DNA from: a virus
Taxonomy: Duplodnaviria > Caudoviricetes
Length of the DNA stretch: 64,000 nt
IMG/VR virus record: IMGVR_UViG_3300037851_000620
Location: 1 to 64,000 of that record
Reading direction: 5' to 3' (one strand)
The translations under genes were made by a program, and so were the position numbers. Shown here one piece after another: positions 55,712 to 64,000 of this stretch (its first letter is position 1; each line of letters opens with the position of its first letter). The notes under the pieces are model-generated. The model was given only the letters and a program-made list of their open reading frames with translations, ran no database searches and had not been told where the DNA came from.

Positions 55712-57214
55712 ATGTCATATGCGATTGGTGATGGACGAATCTGGTTGCAACGTAAGAAGTTTGAAGGCTATGATCTGTTACTGCCTTATGGTTTGACAAA
55801 TGTGACGGATCCTGTTGGTGGTCTGACGCCTGTGCGAGAGCCTTCTGCAACCAAACGGAGGACTACGGTAATCACGGATATCCTTCGTGGTGAGCCAGGT
55901 CTTCCTGAATTCCAAATTGAAACTCGCTTGAAGGCGACACTCAATTATATGTTTGCGCTCAAAGATTGTGCTGTGAATTATCAGGCACATCTTGGTGCGT
56001 GTGACCGTGCTGACAACTACACGGCATCTGAGATCATGCTTCATTGGGAACGTTCGCATCGTGGCGATATGACGATCGACAGGTTATCCAAAATCCAAGG
56101 CGATGAAGCACCTATCCAGATTGCCACTCCGTGGTCGGCAGAAGTTGGTCCTATCTTGATCGATTTCATGGCAGAATTTCTGAGTGCACGCACGATTGCA
56201 GAGTCGGAGAATATCACTGGTGTTGCCTTCTTGGAAAGTGAATGCTTCGAAGACTGCAAAGCACAAGAAGATGCCGGCGAAAACGGATACATCGTGACGG
56301 CAGCTGCAGCTGGGTCTCCTTCGAACAAAGCAAATGTTTGGTTCACGGAAGACAAAGGCGAATCTTGGGCAGAAGCATCGGCATATCCATTTGCTGGTGG
56401 TGAAGATATTTCGGATGTTGTTCTGATCGGGACGAAGTATAATCACCGTGTCATCGTTGCTCGTGGTACTACTGATGCAGGAAATCCCGCCGAGATCGCG
56501 TATGCTGACGTCACGGATATCGGGACTACTACTTGGGTGAATGTGAACGTTGGTGCTGTGAATGGTCAGTACATCAATAAGCTGTTGTTGCTTGACAGCC
56601 GGCATTTGTATGCGATTACCAACGATGGATATGTGTACCTATCCTCAAATCTTGGTGCATCGTGGACTGCCAAACTCACGACTGCAGTGAACGCACTATA
56701 CGACATTGCAGGCTTGGGGTCTGGTGAACATGCTGGCACAATCTGGGTTGTTGGTGCAAGCAATACGATCTATCTGAGCGAAGATTTCGGAAGCACATGG
56801 ACAGCGAAGACAGGTCCTACAGCTGGTGCTGGCGATGCAGCAAAGAGCGTGACCGTAACTCCAGATGGTACGATGATCTTTGGAAATGATGCTGGCGAGA
56901 TTTATGGCACGTATGACGAAGCGACCGAGTGGCATGTACTCGCTGCGCAAGGAGTCATTCCTACCAGCGTCGACGCTCTTGCATGTTGGGGAGATTCGCT
57001 GATCTGGATTGCTGTCAACACAGCGTCTGGTGGTCGAGTTTTGAGGTCTACCGATGGTGGTGCTTCATTCCGATTGTGGCATCTGAACATCCCTACGAAC
57101 AGTGGTTTGACAGACCTGGAAGCTGTTGATCCGAACATCGTATATGTGGTCGGAGCGGCTCACAGCGGTATGGGATTCATCACTCGCACCAAATCCAACG
57201 TTACTGGTATCTAG
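55712..57214 (+). CDS. Probable major tail tube protein fused to an Asp-box (BNR) beta-propeller
   Basis: Capsid-like codon bias; followed by a terminator and chaperones; S.D.G.(S/T)W repeats x5. Confidence 0.6.
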   Translation: MSYAIGDGRIWLQRKKFEGYDLLLPYGLTNVTDPVGGLTPVREPSATKRRTTVITDILRGEPGLPEFQIETRLKATLNYMFALKDCAVNYQAHLGACDRADNYTASEIMLHWERSHRGDMTIDRLSKIQGDEAPIQIATPWSAEVGPILIDFMAEFLSARTIAESENITGVAFLESECFEDCKAQEDAGENGYIVTAAAAGSPSNKANVWFTEDKGESWAEASAYPFAGGEDISDVVLIGTKYNHRVIVARGTTDAGNPAEIAYADVTDIGTTTWVNVNVGAVNGQYINKLLLLDSRHLYAITNDGYVYLSSNLGASWTAKLTTAVNALYDIAGLGSGEHAGTIWVVGASNTIYLSEDFGSTWTAKTGPTAGAGDAAKSVTVTPDGTMIFGNDAGEIYGTYDEATEWHVLAAQGVIPTSVDALACWGDSLIWIAVNTASGGRVLRSTDGGASFRLWHLNIPTNSGLTDLEAVDPNIVYVVGAAHSGMGFITRTKSNVTGI

Positions 57215-57217
57215 GAT

Positions 57218-57242
57218 GAGGGGAGGAAACTCCCCTCTTTCA
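57218..57242 (+). terminator. Rho-independent terminator
   Basis: gaggggag-gaaa-ctcccctc followed by ttt. Confidence 0.85.
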
Positions 57243-57246
57243 ACTT

Positions 57247-57891
57247 ATGTCTAAAGACAAGAAACGCAGAAATCCTGCTGGTGTTGTGTTTGATAATCTG
57301 AAGAGTGGTTTCCGAATATTCGTGAAGCCACTCCCTCCTTATTACATCGATTTAATCGACGACCAGCTTCCTCTTCCAGAATATCCAAAAAGAGCTGTTA
57401 CACTGATAGCAGGTGATGTTGTATATTGGGATTATAATCCTCCTTTGGAAGAACCATCAACAGATGACGAAGATTTCGAGTTGTATGCACGGTGGCGAGA
57501 AGTCAATGAATTACGGCGCGATTTGGAAAAAGAGCGAGAGATTGTAAAGCGTAAGTTTCTATTGAGCAATTGTGTATCAATCTTAGATGGTCCATACAAA
57601 CTTGAAGGTAAAGACTGGGTTGAGCGTGTCGAAGCAGCATTTCCAAACTTCACTATTCCTGAACATCCTGGTAAACGACGTCTTATCTTTTTGCAAACAC
57701 AAGTTATCTTATCTGTTGATGAAATGGAAATAATACTTGCTAGTGCTGTTGCTCCGGAGGTGACCATGCAGGGCATTACAAATGCCCTGCTAGGATTTCA
57801 ACATAACTTGGCAGAAAGAGAAAATTTCAGAGGCATTGAGCAGACTTCCGAAGTCGGGGATCGAGTACGATCTGAGACTGTGGGAGCATGA
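57247..57891 (+). CDS. Tail assembly chaperone (G-like)
   Basis: Lies between tail tube and tape measure; overlaps a +1-frame ORF. Confidence 0.6.
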   Translation: MSKDKKRRNPAGVVFDNLKSGFRIFVKPLPPYYIDLIDDQLPLPEYPKRAVTLIAGDVVYWDYNPPLEEPSTDDEDFELYARWREVNELRRDLEKEREIVKRKFLLSNCVSILDGPYKLEGKDWVERVEAAFPNFTIPEHPGKRRLIFLQTQVILSVDEMEIILASAVAPEVTMQGITNALLGFQHNLAERENFRGIEQTSEVGDRVRSETVGA

Positions 57892-58039
57892 AACAGCAAT
57901 GGAAATGGGAATGGTGCCAGATGAACATTGGTATGATATTCCTGTGAGGACACGAGAGCGCATGGTTGCTACCAGAATGGCAAGAATGTTTATAGAAGCT
58001 GCTGCTGCGCAAGAAGCTGTAGAGGATGCATATGCCTAA
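57794..58039 (+). CDS. Tail assembly chaperone T-like segment reached by frameshift
   Basis: Open +1 frame from 57794 (DFNITWQKEK...WYDIP..TRERMVA) with no good SD/ATG of its own. Confidence 0.55.
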   Translation, partial: DFNITWQKEKISEALSRLPKSGIEYDLRLWEHETAMEMGMVPDEHWYDIPVRTRERMVATRMARMFIEAAAAQEAVEDAYA

Positions 58040-60497
58040 CAGTCCTGATGATATCCTTTTCGGTGCTTCTGTTGATGATCAGACTGGCAAATTTTTCGAC
58101 GATTTCAATACTCGTCTGAATGGTTTGGATAATAAAATGAAACAAGGATTTGCTGGAATTGATTCTATGTCTGGCAAATCTGTTTTAGGTCTTTCTGCTG
58201 TTGCTGGTGCTGTTGGTGGTGTTGCTGCAATGATAGGCACAAAACTTCTTGATTCTGTTGGAAATGCTGCTGCGGCAATGCAAAATCTTGTAAAAGAATC
58301 TACACTGTTGGCAGCACGCAATGAAACACTTGGCGTGTCGCTAGAGATTGTTGGGCAAAATGCTGGATACTCGAAAGAAGAATTAAAAGGTTATGAAGAA
58401 GGTCTGAAAAAGACAGGTATTTCCATTCTTGAATCTAAGCAAGGTCTTGTATCTATGATACAAGCAGATCTCGATCTTGCCGATGCCGCAAAATTGGCAC
58501 GAGTTTCTCAAGATGCTGCTGTGTTGGCTGGATTAAACTCGTCAGAAACATTCCAACGTGTGTTGCGAGGCATTACAACATTACAGCCTGAAATATTGCG
58601 TAGTTTGAATTTGGAAGTCAATCTTCAAAAAGAAGTTGAAGAATATGCACGCAAGAACAATATTGCAGCGGCAAGCATAGATTATGCTACGAAAAAGCAG
58701 ATAGCATTGAATGCAGTTTTGGAAAAAGGTAAAACAATTGCAGGTGCTTATGAAGCTGCAATGGGAACTGTTGGAAAGAAATTAGGATCGCTTGAGCGGT
58801 ATAAAGAGGATTTCAAAGTTTTGTTTGGAACGACATTCCTTCCAGCATTTGGTGCTGGTGTAGATTTTATTATAAAGAAATTAGAGGAAATGAAGAAGTG
58901 GATAGAGGAAAACAAGGAATCACTTGAAACTTTTGGAGCTGCTGCAAAGACTGTTGTTGAAGGAGCAATAAAATTATTCGAGCAATTGATAGGTGTTATA
59001 TCTAGCATTCCTGGATATATAGTCGATATTTCTGGAAAGATTGCTCAAGCAATTGCAAACAGTGGTGGAAATATAATACCAGATATTTCTGATAGTGAGT
59101 TAGAGAAGCGTAAAGCTAAACTCGGTGTTTATTTCGGACAGGTTGTAGCACTGGCTGCAGGGTCGATAGCGTATATTGGTGTATTTGTTGGAGAGGCAGT
59201 TGATTCTGTTATATCTGTTGGGCGTGCAGCGGCTGCAGCATTGTCTGGCGATTTTGACAAAGCCAATGACATTATGTATGAAGCTGCAGAAAGATTTCTT
59301 TCTACACCAGAGCGTGCAAAAGATGCGTTTGGAAATGCTGCATTGGAGGCAGGTAAGTTTGTTGGTGTTGTAGAAGAGGTCGGAGACGCTGCAGACGATG
59401 CATCTTCTGGAATAGACAAAATGGCGAAAGCTACAGAAGCATTAGCAGAAGCCACTATCCAAGCAAATAATTTATTGGCAGAATTTGCAAAAAAGATGGA
59501 AGAAGAAGCTGCAGAATTGGCTATAAAGGCAGCACGAGAAGCGCAAGAAACAGCGATGCGCGAAGCATGGGAGTTGGAAGATCTAGCACGGCAGCACGCA
59601 GAGCGAGTTGCGGCAATAATGGAAAACGCTGCACAATCTCAGCAAGAAGCAATGGAACGTCATTCTCAAGAACGTATAAATATAGAAATAAATCTTCAGA
59701 GGCAGTTACGAGATATTCGTAGACGATTCGAGTTTGAGGCTTCTGAGCTTGCACGTGCTCGTGACGCTGTTGGATTATTGCAGTTGATGAGGCGTAATCG
59801 TCAAGAAGTAGAAGATGCTCGTATTGCTGCACAAGATCAGCGACAAGATTCAGATCGTCAGTATCAGTTGGAATTGAGACAAATAGAAGCCAGACGTCGC
59901 AAAGCATTACAAGATCTTGCTCGTCAAGAAGTTCGCGAGGCAGAAGTTCGCGAGCGAAGCAGACAACGTAATCGTCAATTACAACAACTGCATGATAGAT
60001 GGGAAGAAGAGGACAGACGTCGTAAATATGCTCGTCAACTTGCAGACTTGTTACGGCAAATTCAAGGTATGAGTGGTATGACACAGTCTGGGCTGAATAT
60101 CCTTACGACACAATGGAGCAATTATTTTGGAAATCTTTTAAATATGGCAACAACATATATGACATACATGAACAGAATCATAGTTCCAGGTGGGACTGTT
60201 CAGCAATATAACCCTGCTGGAAGTCCTGGCGGTCTTGGATTTCAGACAAATTCTGTACCTGGTGGGACAAGTTCTACAAAAGTTGTTGGACAGGGTGGGC
60301 AGGTTTCACAAATGCTTGCTGATGCTGCAAAAAGATTCAAAGAAATTGGAAATATTTCGCGTGTTCCTGCAGTCAGTTCGCGAAAATCTACAGACCGTAA
60401 AGAGATTTCAATCACTGTCGAAGGTAGTGGTTTAGATCCATATATCCAAAGAGTGGTAGCAAGGACATTGTACGAGATAGAAAGGAATAAAGGATAA
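58032..60497 (+). CDS. Tape measure protein
   Basis: About 820 aa, Ala-rich helical, TMP-like core, long coiled coil. Confidence 0.88.
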   Translation: MPNSPDDILFGASVDDQTGKFFDDFNTRLNGLDNKMKQGFAGIDSMSGKSVLGLSAVAGAVGGVAAMIGTKLLDSVGNAAAAMQNLVKESTLLAARNETLGVSLEIVGQNAGYSKEELKGYEEGLKKTGISILESKQGLVSMIQADLDLADAAKLARVSQDAAVLAGLNSSETFQRVLRGITTLQPEILRSLNLEVNLQKEVEEYARKNNIAAASIDYATKKQIALNAVLEKGKTIAGAYEAAMGTVGKKLGSLERYKEDFKVLFGTTFLPAFGAGVDFIIKKLEEMKKWIEENKESLETFGAAAKTVVEGAIKLFEQLIGVISSIPGYIVDISGKIAQAIANSGGNIIPDISDSELEKRKAKLGVYFGQVVALAAGSIAYIGVFVGEAVDSVISVGRAAAAALSGDFDKANDIMYEAAERFLSTPERAKDAFGNAALEAGKFVGVVEEVGDAADDASSGIDKMAKATEALAEATIQANNLLAEFAKKMEEEAAELAIKAAREAQETAMREAWELEDLARQHAERVAAIMENAAQSQQEAMERHSQERINIEINLQRQLRDIRRRFEFEASELARARDAVGLLQLMRRNRQEVEDARIAAQDQRQDSDRQYQLELRQIEARRRKALQDLARQEVREAEVRERSRQRNRQLQQLHDRWEEEDRRRKYARQLADLLRQIQGMSGMTQSGLNILTTQWSNYFGNLLNMATTYMTYMNRIIVPGGTVQQYNPAGSPGGLGFQTNSVPGGTSSTKVVGQGGQVSQMLADAAKRFKEIGNISRVPAVSSRKSTDRKEISITVEGSGLDPYIQRVVARTLYEIERNKG

Positions 60498-60934
60498 TGT
60501 CTTATTGTGAAGACATAGGCTATCAGATTGGATTGTCTCCGACAGAGATGACGACTTTGAGGAATCTTGGAGTTCCTCCACCAGATCAGATTGTATATAA
60601 ACCATCTGGGATATATTATGTAAGGTCGGATTTCCATCGTGTTGGTGATGGGTTTGCATCGTGTGAATGGACATGGGACATAATCTCGTTAGCACGTTTG
60701 TATAAATTGATAGACCTTCTTGCAGGTGAAGAATCTGCGAATGTTTATATTGTTACAGATAAGCGAGATGCAACATTTCCAAATCCGGAAGCATCTTTTG
60801 GATTGTTTTCTGCTATTATGTGGAAGCCTGTTATAACAGGTGAAGAAGGTGTTTTTGTAGCAAAATCTCCGTATGCTATTCAAACTGTGAAAGTTCAATT
60901 TGTGTACATGGTTGAGCTGACTGGGTATCTATGA
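60497..60934 (+). CDS. Distal tail (Dit)-like protein
   Basis: 145 aa beta-rich ORF immediately after the TMP. Confidence 0.55.
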   Translation: MSYCEDIGYQIGLSPTEMTTLRNLGVPPPDQIVYKPSGIYYVRSDFHRVGDGFASCEWTWDIISLARLYKLIDLLAGEESANVYIVTDKRDATFPNPEASFGLFSAIMWKPVITGEEGVFVAKSPYAIQTVKVQFVYMVELTGYL

Positions 60935-63843
60935 CAGTATCTCTTGCTGATATCAATGCTTTGAGGGATGGTCATCCTCATATTTCCAAAATATACATGT
61001 CAGTTCTGAAGCCGACGGTTGTATATTGCGGGACTGTGTCTGGATCTCCTGCGTTTGGAGCACGTGCTATAACAGTCGTTGATGTTTCAGGAGATATTAC
61101 AGACATAGAATCTGGAATGACTGTGTTTGTTGGGACGTCTTGTGGTGATAACAGTATTTCCAAAAGACGATTCAGGTCACGTGCTGGGCAAATTCTTACA
61201 TTAGATGAAAATAGCATCACGTGGGTTGCAGGGCAGTATATAACGGTATACAAAAATTGGGAATTGTGGAGCATATTTCAGTATATAGATCCTACGACTT
61301 ATGTTTTCTACAAAGATTATGACATAGCCTATACTAATGATAATTTGTATCAATCTCCTGTTGCAATCGCAGGATCTCATCGTGCAAAGTTTATCGATGG
61401 TCCATATGTATCGTTCGATCTTGATGCATCAGATTCCTATGCTATTGCAGCTGGGGCAACGATATCGTCCTATCTTTGGGAATGTGATGGAGGTTCGATA
61501 GTCAATCCTGCTGCTGCAGTAACAACTATCAATTTTACACTGCCTGGGCAATATTGGTTGAAGTTGACAGTGACAGACAGTAATGGAAAATTGCAATCGA
61601 CGAGGCGTGTATTATTTGTGCATCAAAGAACGGGTGCATATGCTCCTCATACTGGACTTGAATTTGATGCAGGACTTTCTGGAGATTGGTCGAGGGGTGG
61701 TTGGACAGCAAGTGTGAAAATGCGAGCTGATGCACCTGTGTCTGATATTCCTGATGGAGCACTTGTTGTATTATGGTACGAAACATACTTTGGTGGATCA
61801 GAGTATTATGTTGGAGGAGATAATACATTATTTGTAGGATATATAGCTGACGAGAAGATTACCAAAGAGCTTGACGTCGGTTATGTTACATTCAATTTAG
61901 AGACGATAAACTATTTGTTGGATAAGACAGCAATGCGGAGCGTCTCGATTGAAAACGATTCTACTCCATCTACATGGTATGAGATGGCTAATTTGACCAT
62001 GCGCAGAGCTGTTCATCATTTATTGCGTTGGCATTCAACGATGTTGGATATTTGTGATGTATTCATGGATGAGGACGATAACCTTATCTATGCCCTCGAT
62101 GATTTTACAAACGGCACGTTGTATAAGATGATAGACGTGTTTACTTATCAACACGGAAACTTTTCTCATTTATGTTCATCCAGGGTTGGAAAAGTTTATT
62201 TGGATAGAGATATAAACGTTCTAACAGTTGCCGAGAGTGCCGCAAAAGGTGTGGACTTGATCATGGATAATGCGGATAGGCGTGGTCCAACAGACTTAGA
62301 TATTGTCCGTGATCCTCATAACAGAGTATCTTACGTTCTGATATCTGGAACGTCATATGATGGTTCAACTAACACGCCGATCATTGCTCAGGCTCCTGGT
62401 GAGATTCCGGATAATTTTGGGTCTACAGAAACCACATTTGAGCGTTTGGTATTGGAAAATCAGGCTCAGGCAAACTTCTATGCTGGAAAGGTTATAGCGA
62501 TAGCAAACAGAGAATTTGTAGAAATAAGAATTCCGTTGGCTGGCAATTATCTTGGTGTGTTGGATATTGTCCCGCAGCGTTGGTGGTATCTTCAATTTGA
62601 CGCGAATTCTAATAAGCGAGAGGTGTCTTTTGCAGGGAATGTTGTTCCACGCTTGATAAATACAGAGATAAGCACACAAGCTGGAACAATATTAGTCGAA
62701 GTTGGTGTTGAGCCAGAAGTATCTAGTGTTGACGGTATTGCGGCTCCGATTCCTACCACAGAACCACCGGATAATCCTGTAGATTACCCAATGCCTCCGA
62801 TTCCTGAGCTTCCTCCATGGCCACCATTACCATTACCAACAACTTGCCATGAACAGCCAACAGCACCTGCAAATGGTCCATTCACTGGAGCGTTTACAGG
62901 GACATTGAGCAGTATAGATCCAGTTCCATATGTTTTGAATTATCTTAATAGTTATATCAGAATGGGATCGTCAACCTTCAAAACAACTGTTCTTATAGAA
63001 GGTTGTAAATATCAAAGTACAAATGGTGGAGCTTCATGGACTCCATGGGTTGATACAGATGGTTTGGTAATCTCTGCATATGACATAGCGACTGGACCAA
63101 AATCTCCTGTTGCTACAAACTTTCCTGTATTGGCGTCTGATACTGACGGTTGCGGTTGGAGGGGTGGAGAATTTACACAGGTTGCTGCGGTTTTAACAGA
63201 TTGTTACATGACGAAACTTGAGCCTGCACAACTATTCTTCAATGGCTTGGATGAGTTCGAAATATTTACAGGATGCTCTCATACAGAAATTATTGACAAG
63301 ATGCGTTGGAAATCGCTTGGTGTAACACCACCGGAAGATGGCTCTCAAAAGACTTATGTTATAGCAAGGCTACATTTTTCAGCCTTGGCACCATTCATAA
63401 ATGAGGCGTCTGGTTCGTTGAAATTTTCATTTATTCCTGTGTCTGGAGGTTCTCCAATAGCAGATTTTAGTGGGGATTATGGTTCATCTATGTACACATC
63501 GAAAGTGGAAGATCATCATGGAGAAATATTTGATATGTATTCCATTCCTGCTCCGGATGGATTATCCGTTGGCAGTTCTACTGATCCTCCTGCTAGGATA
63601 GGCGAGGTCGGTTACTGCTACCAGGCAAGAGGAGGAGCATCGCAAGACATAGCTATTGGAGATAATTATATTGGATTTCATACGCAAGGTTATAGTGGTG
63701 CGATAGGTGCATTTGAAACAGAGTTTCAGATGATGAATATTTTCTGGTCAAAATCCGGCAATCCAGACCAATTGCTTATGACGTCAGTTATACATAAGAT
63801 AGACGTCACTGCTATCCGGGTTTATAATGTGTGCTTCGATTAG
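60931..63843 (+). CDS. Baseplate hub / tail-associated protein with PKD-like domain and Pro-rich linker
   Basis: 970 aa; PVAIAG...DASDSY...SSYLW...F..PG.Y..KLTVTDSNG (PKD-like); PPIPELPPWPPLP linker. Confidence 0.6.
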   Translation: MTVSLADINALRDGHPHISKIYMSVLKPTVVYCGTVSGSPAFGARAITVVDVSGDITDIESGMTVFVGTSCGDNSISKRRFRSRAGQILTLDENSITWVAGQYITVYKNWELWSIFQYIDPTTYVFYKDYDIAYTNDNLYQSPVAIAGSHRAKFIDGPYVSFDLDASDSYAIAAGATISSYLWECDGGSIVNPAAAVTTINFTLPGQYWLKLTVTDSNGKLQSTRRVLFVHQRTGAYAPHTGLEFDAGLSGDWSRGGWTASVKMRADAPVSDIPDGALVVLWYETYFGGSEYYVGGDNTLFVGYIADEKITKELDVGYVTFNLETINYLLDKTAMRSVSIENDSTPSTWYEMANLTMRRAVHHLLRWHSTMLDICDVFMDEDDNLIYALDDFTNGTLYKMIDVFTYQHGNFSHLCSSRVGKVYLDRDINVLTVAESAAKGVDLIMDNADRRGPTDLDIVRDPHNRVSYVLISGTSYDGSTNTPIIAQAPGEIPDNFGSTETTFERLVLENQAQANFYAGKVIAIANREFVEIRIPLAGNYLGVLDIVPQRWWYLQFDANSNKREVSFAGNVVPRLINTEISTQAGTILVEVGVEPEVSSVDGIAAPIPTTEPPDNPVDYPMPPIPELPPWPPLPLPTTCHEQPTAPANGPFTGAFTGTLSSIDPVPYVLNYLNSYIRMGSSTFKTTVLIEGCKYQSTNGGASWTPWVDTDGLVISAYDIATGPKSPVATNFPVLASDTDGCGWRGGEFTQVAAVLTDCYMTKLEPAQLFFNGLDEFEIFTGCSHTEIIDKMRWKSLGVTPPEDGSQKTYVIARLHFSALAPFINEASGSLKFSFIPVSGGSPIADFSGDYGSSMYTSKVEDHHGEIFDMYSIPAPDGLSVGSSTDPPARIGEVGYCYQARGGASQDIAIGDNYIGFHTQGYSGAIGAFETEFQMMNIFWSKSGNPDQLLMTSVIHKIDVTAIRVYNVCFD

Positions 63844-63851
63844 GATTTCCA

Positions 63852-64000
63852 ATGATACGAGATATTGTAATTGCTCAACAAAAACAAGCTGATAAGTTTG
63901 AACGCAACAGGCAGCTTGTGAAGGCAGTTACCGCAGCTGTTCAATCTACGACATCGATTGCTGTTACAGGACGTCCAGGATATATTTGGGTCAAGGAGTT
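63852..64000 (+). CDS. Start of the next tail gene (truncated by the window end)
   Basis: ATG 63852, open to the end (MIRDIVIAQQKQ...GRPGYIWV). Confidence 0.5.
   Translation, partial: MIRDIVIAQQKQADKFERNRQLVKAVTAAVQSTTSIAVTGRPGYIWVKE

Noticed and set aside
18-62679. Many minus-strand ORFs in the track (e.g. 44872-45924, 3327-4058, 59521-60084)
   Set aside because: They are antisense shadows of well-supported plus-strand genes, with no recognisable motifs or SD sites.
1-64000. Stop-codon reassignment (alternative genetic code)
   Set aside because: Core genes are full length under the standard code, and TAA, TAG and TGA all terminate genes at coupled junctions.

Overview
A 64 kb segment of a large tailed (siphovirus-like) bacteriophage genome; essentially all genes are on the + strand. 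Order: DNA-modification cluster (2 GT-B glycosyltransferases, radical SAM/SPASM, aGPT-Pplase/hmdU-kinase-helical enzyme, Nmad1); replication/recombination block (UDG-fused family A polymerase, UvsY-like, SSB, SbcD, RecA, 5'-3' exonuclease, RuvC-like, sigma-like); lysis and packaging genes (TerS, GH25 lysin, TerL) interleaved with accessory genes; fibre/decoration-like genes; nucleotide metabolism (dCTP deaminase, dCMP deaminase, thymidylate-synthase-like enzyme); portal, protease-scaffold, major capsid; a 6-gene glycosyl/methyltransferase cassette; neck, tail tube, chaperones, tape measure and baseplate. The main discovery is a 21-residue tag, K-GGxGSG[HF]xxHxG[RI]PGxxGGS, present 11 times in 10 ORFs scattered from 17 to 55 kb. 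It is conserved at protein rather than DNA level and fused to unrelated cargo domains (GNAT, ADP-ribosyltransferase, two zincins, PI3/4-kinase-like, 2H phosphoesterase/MuF-like, unknowns), which suggests a modular capsid-loading or ejection tag for effector proteins. All domain calls come from motif recognition by eye; no database search was run. The host guess (Chloroflexota-like) is weak.
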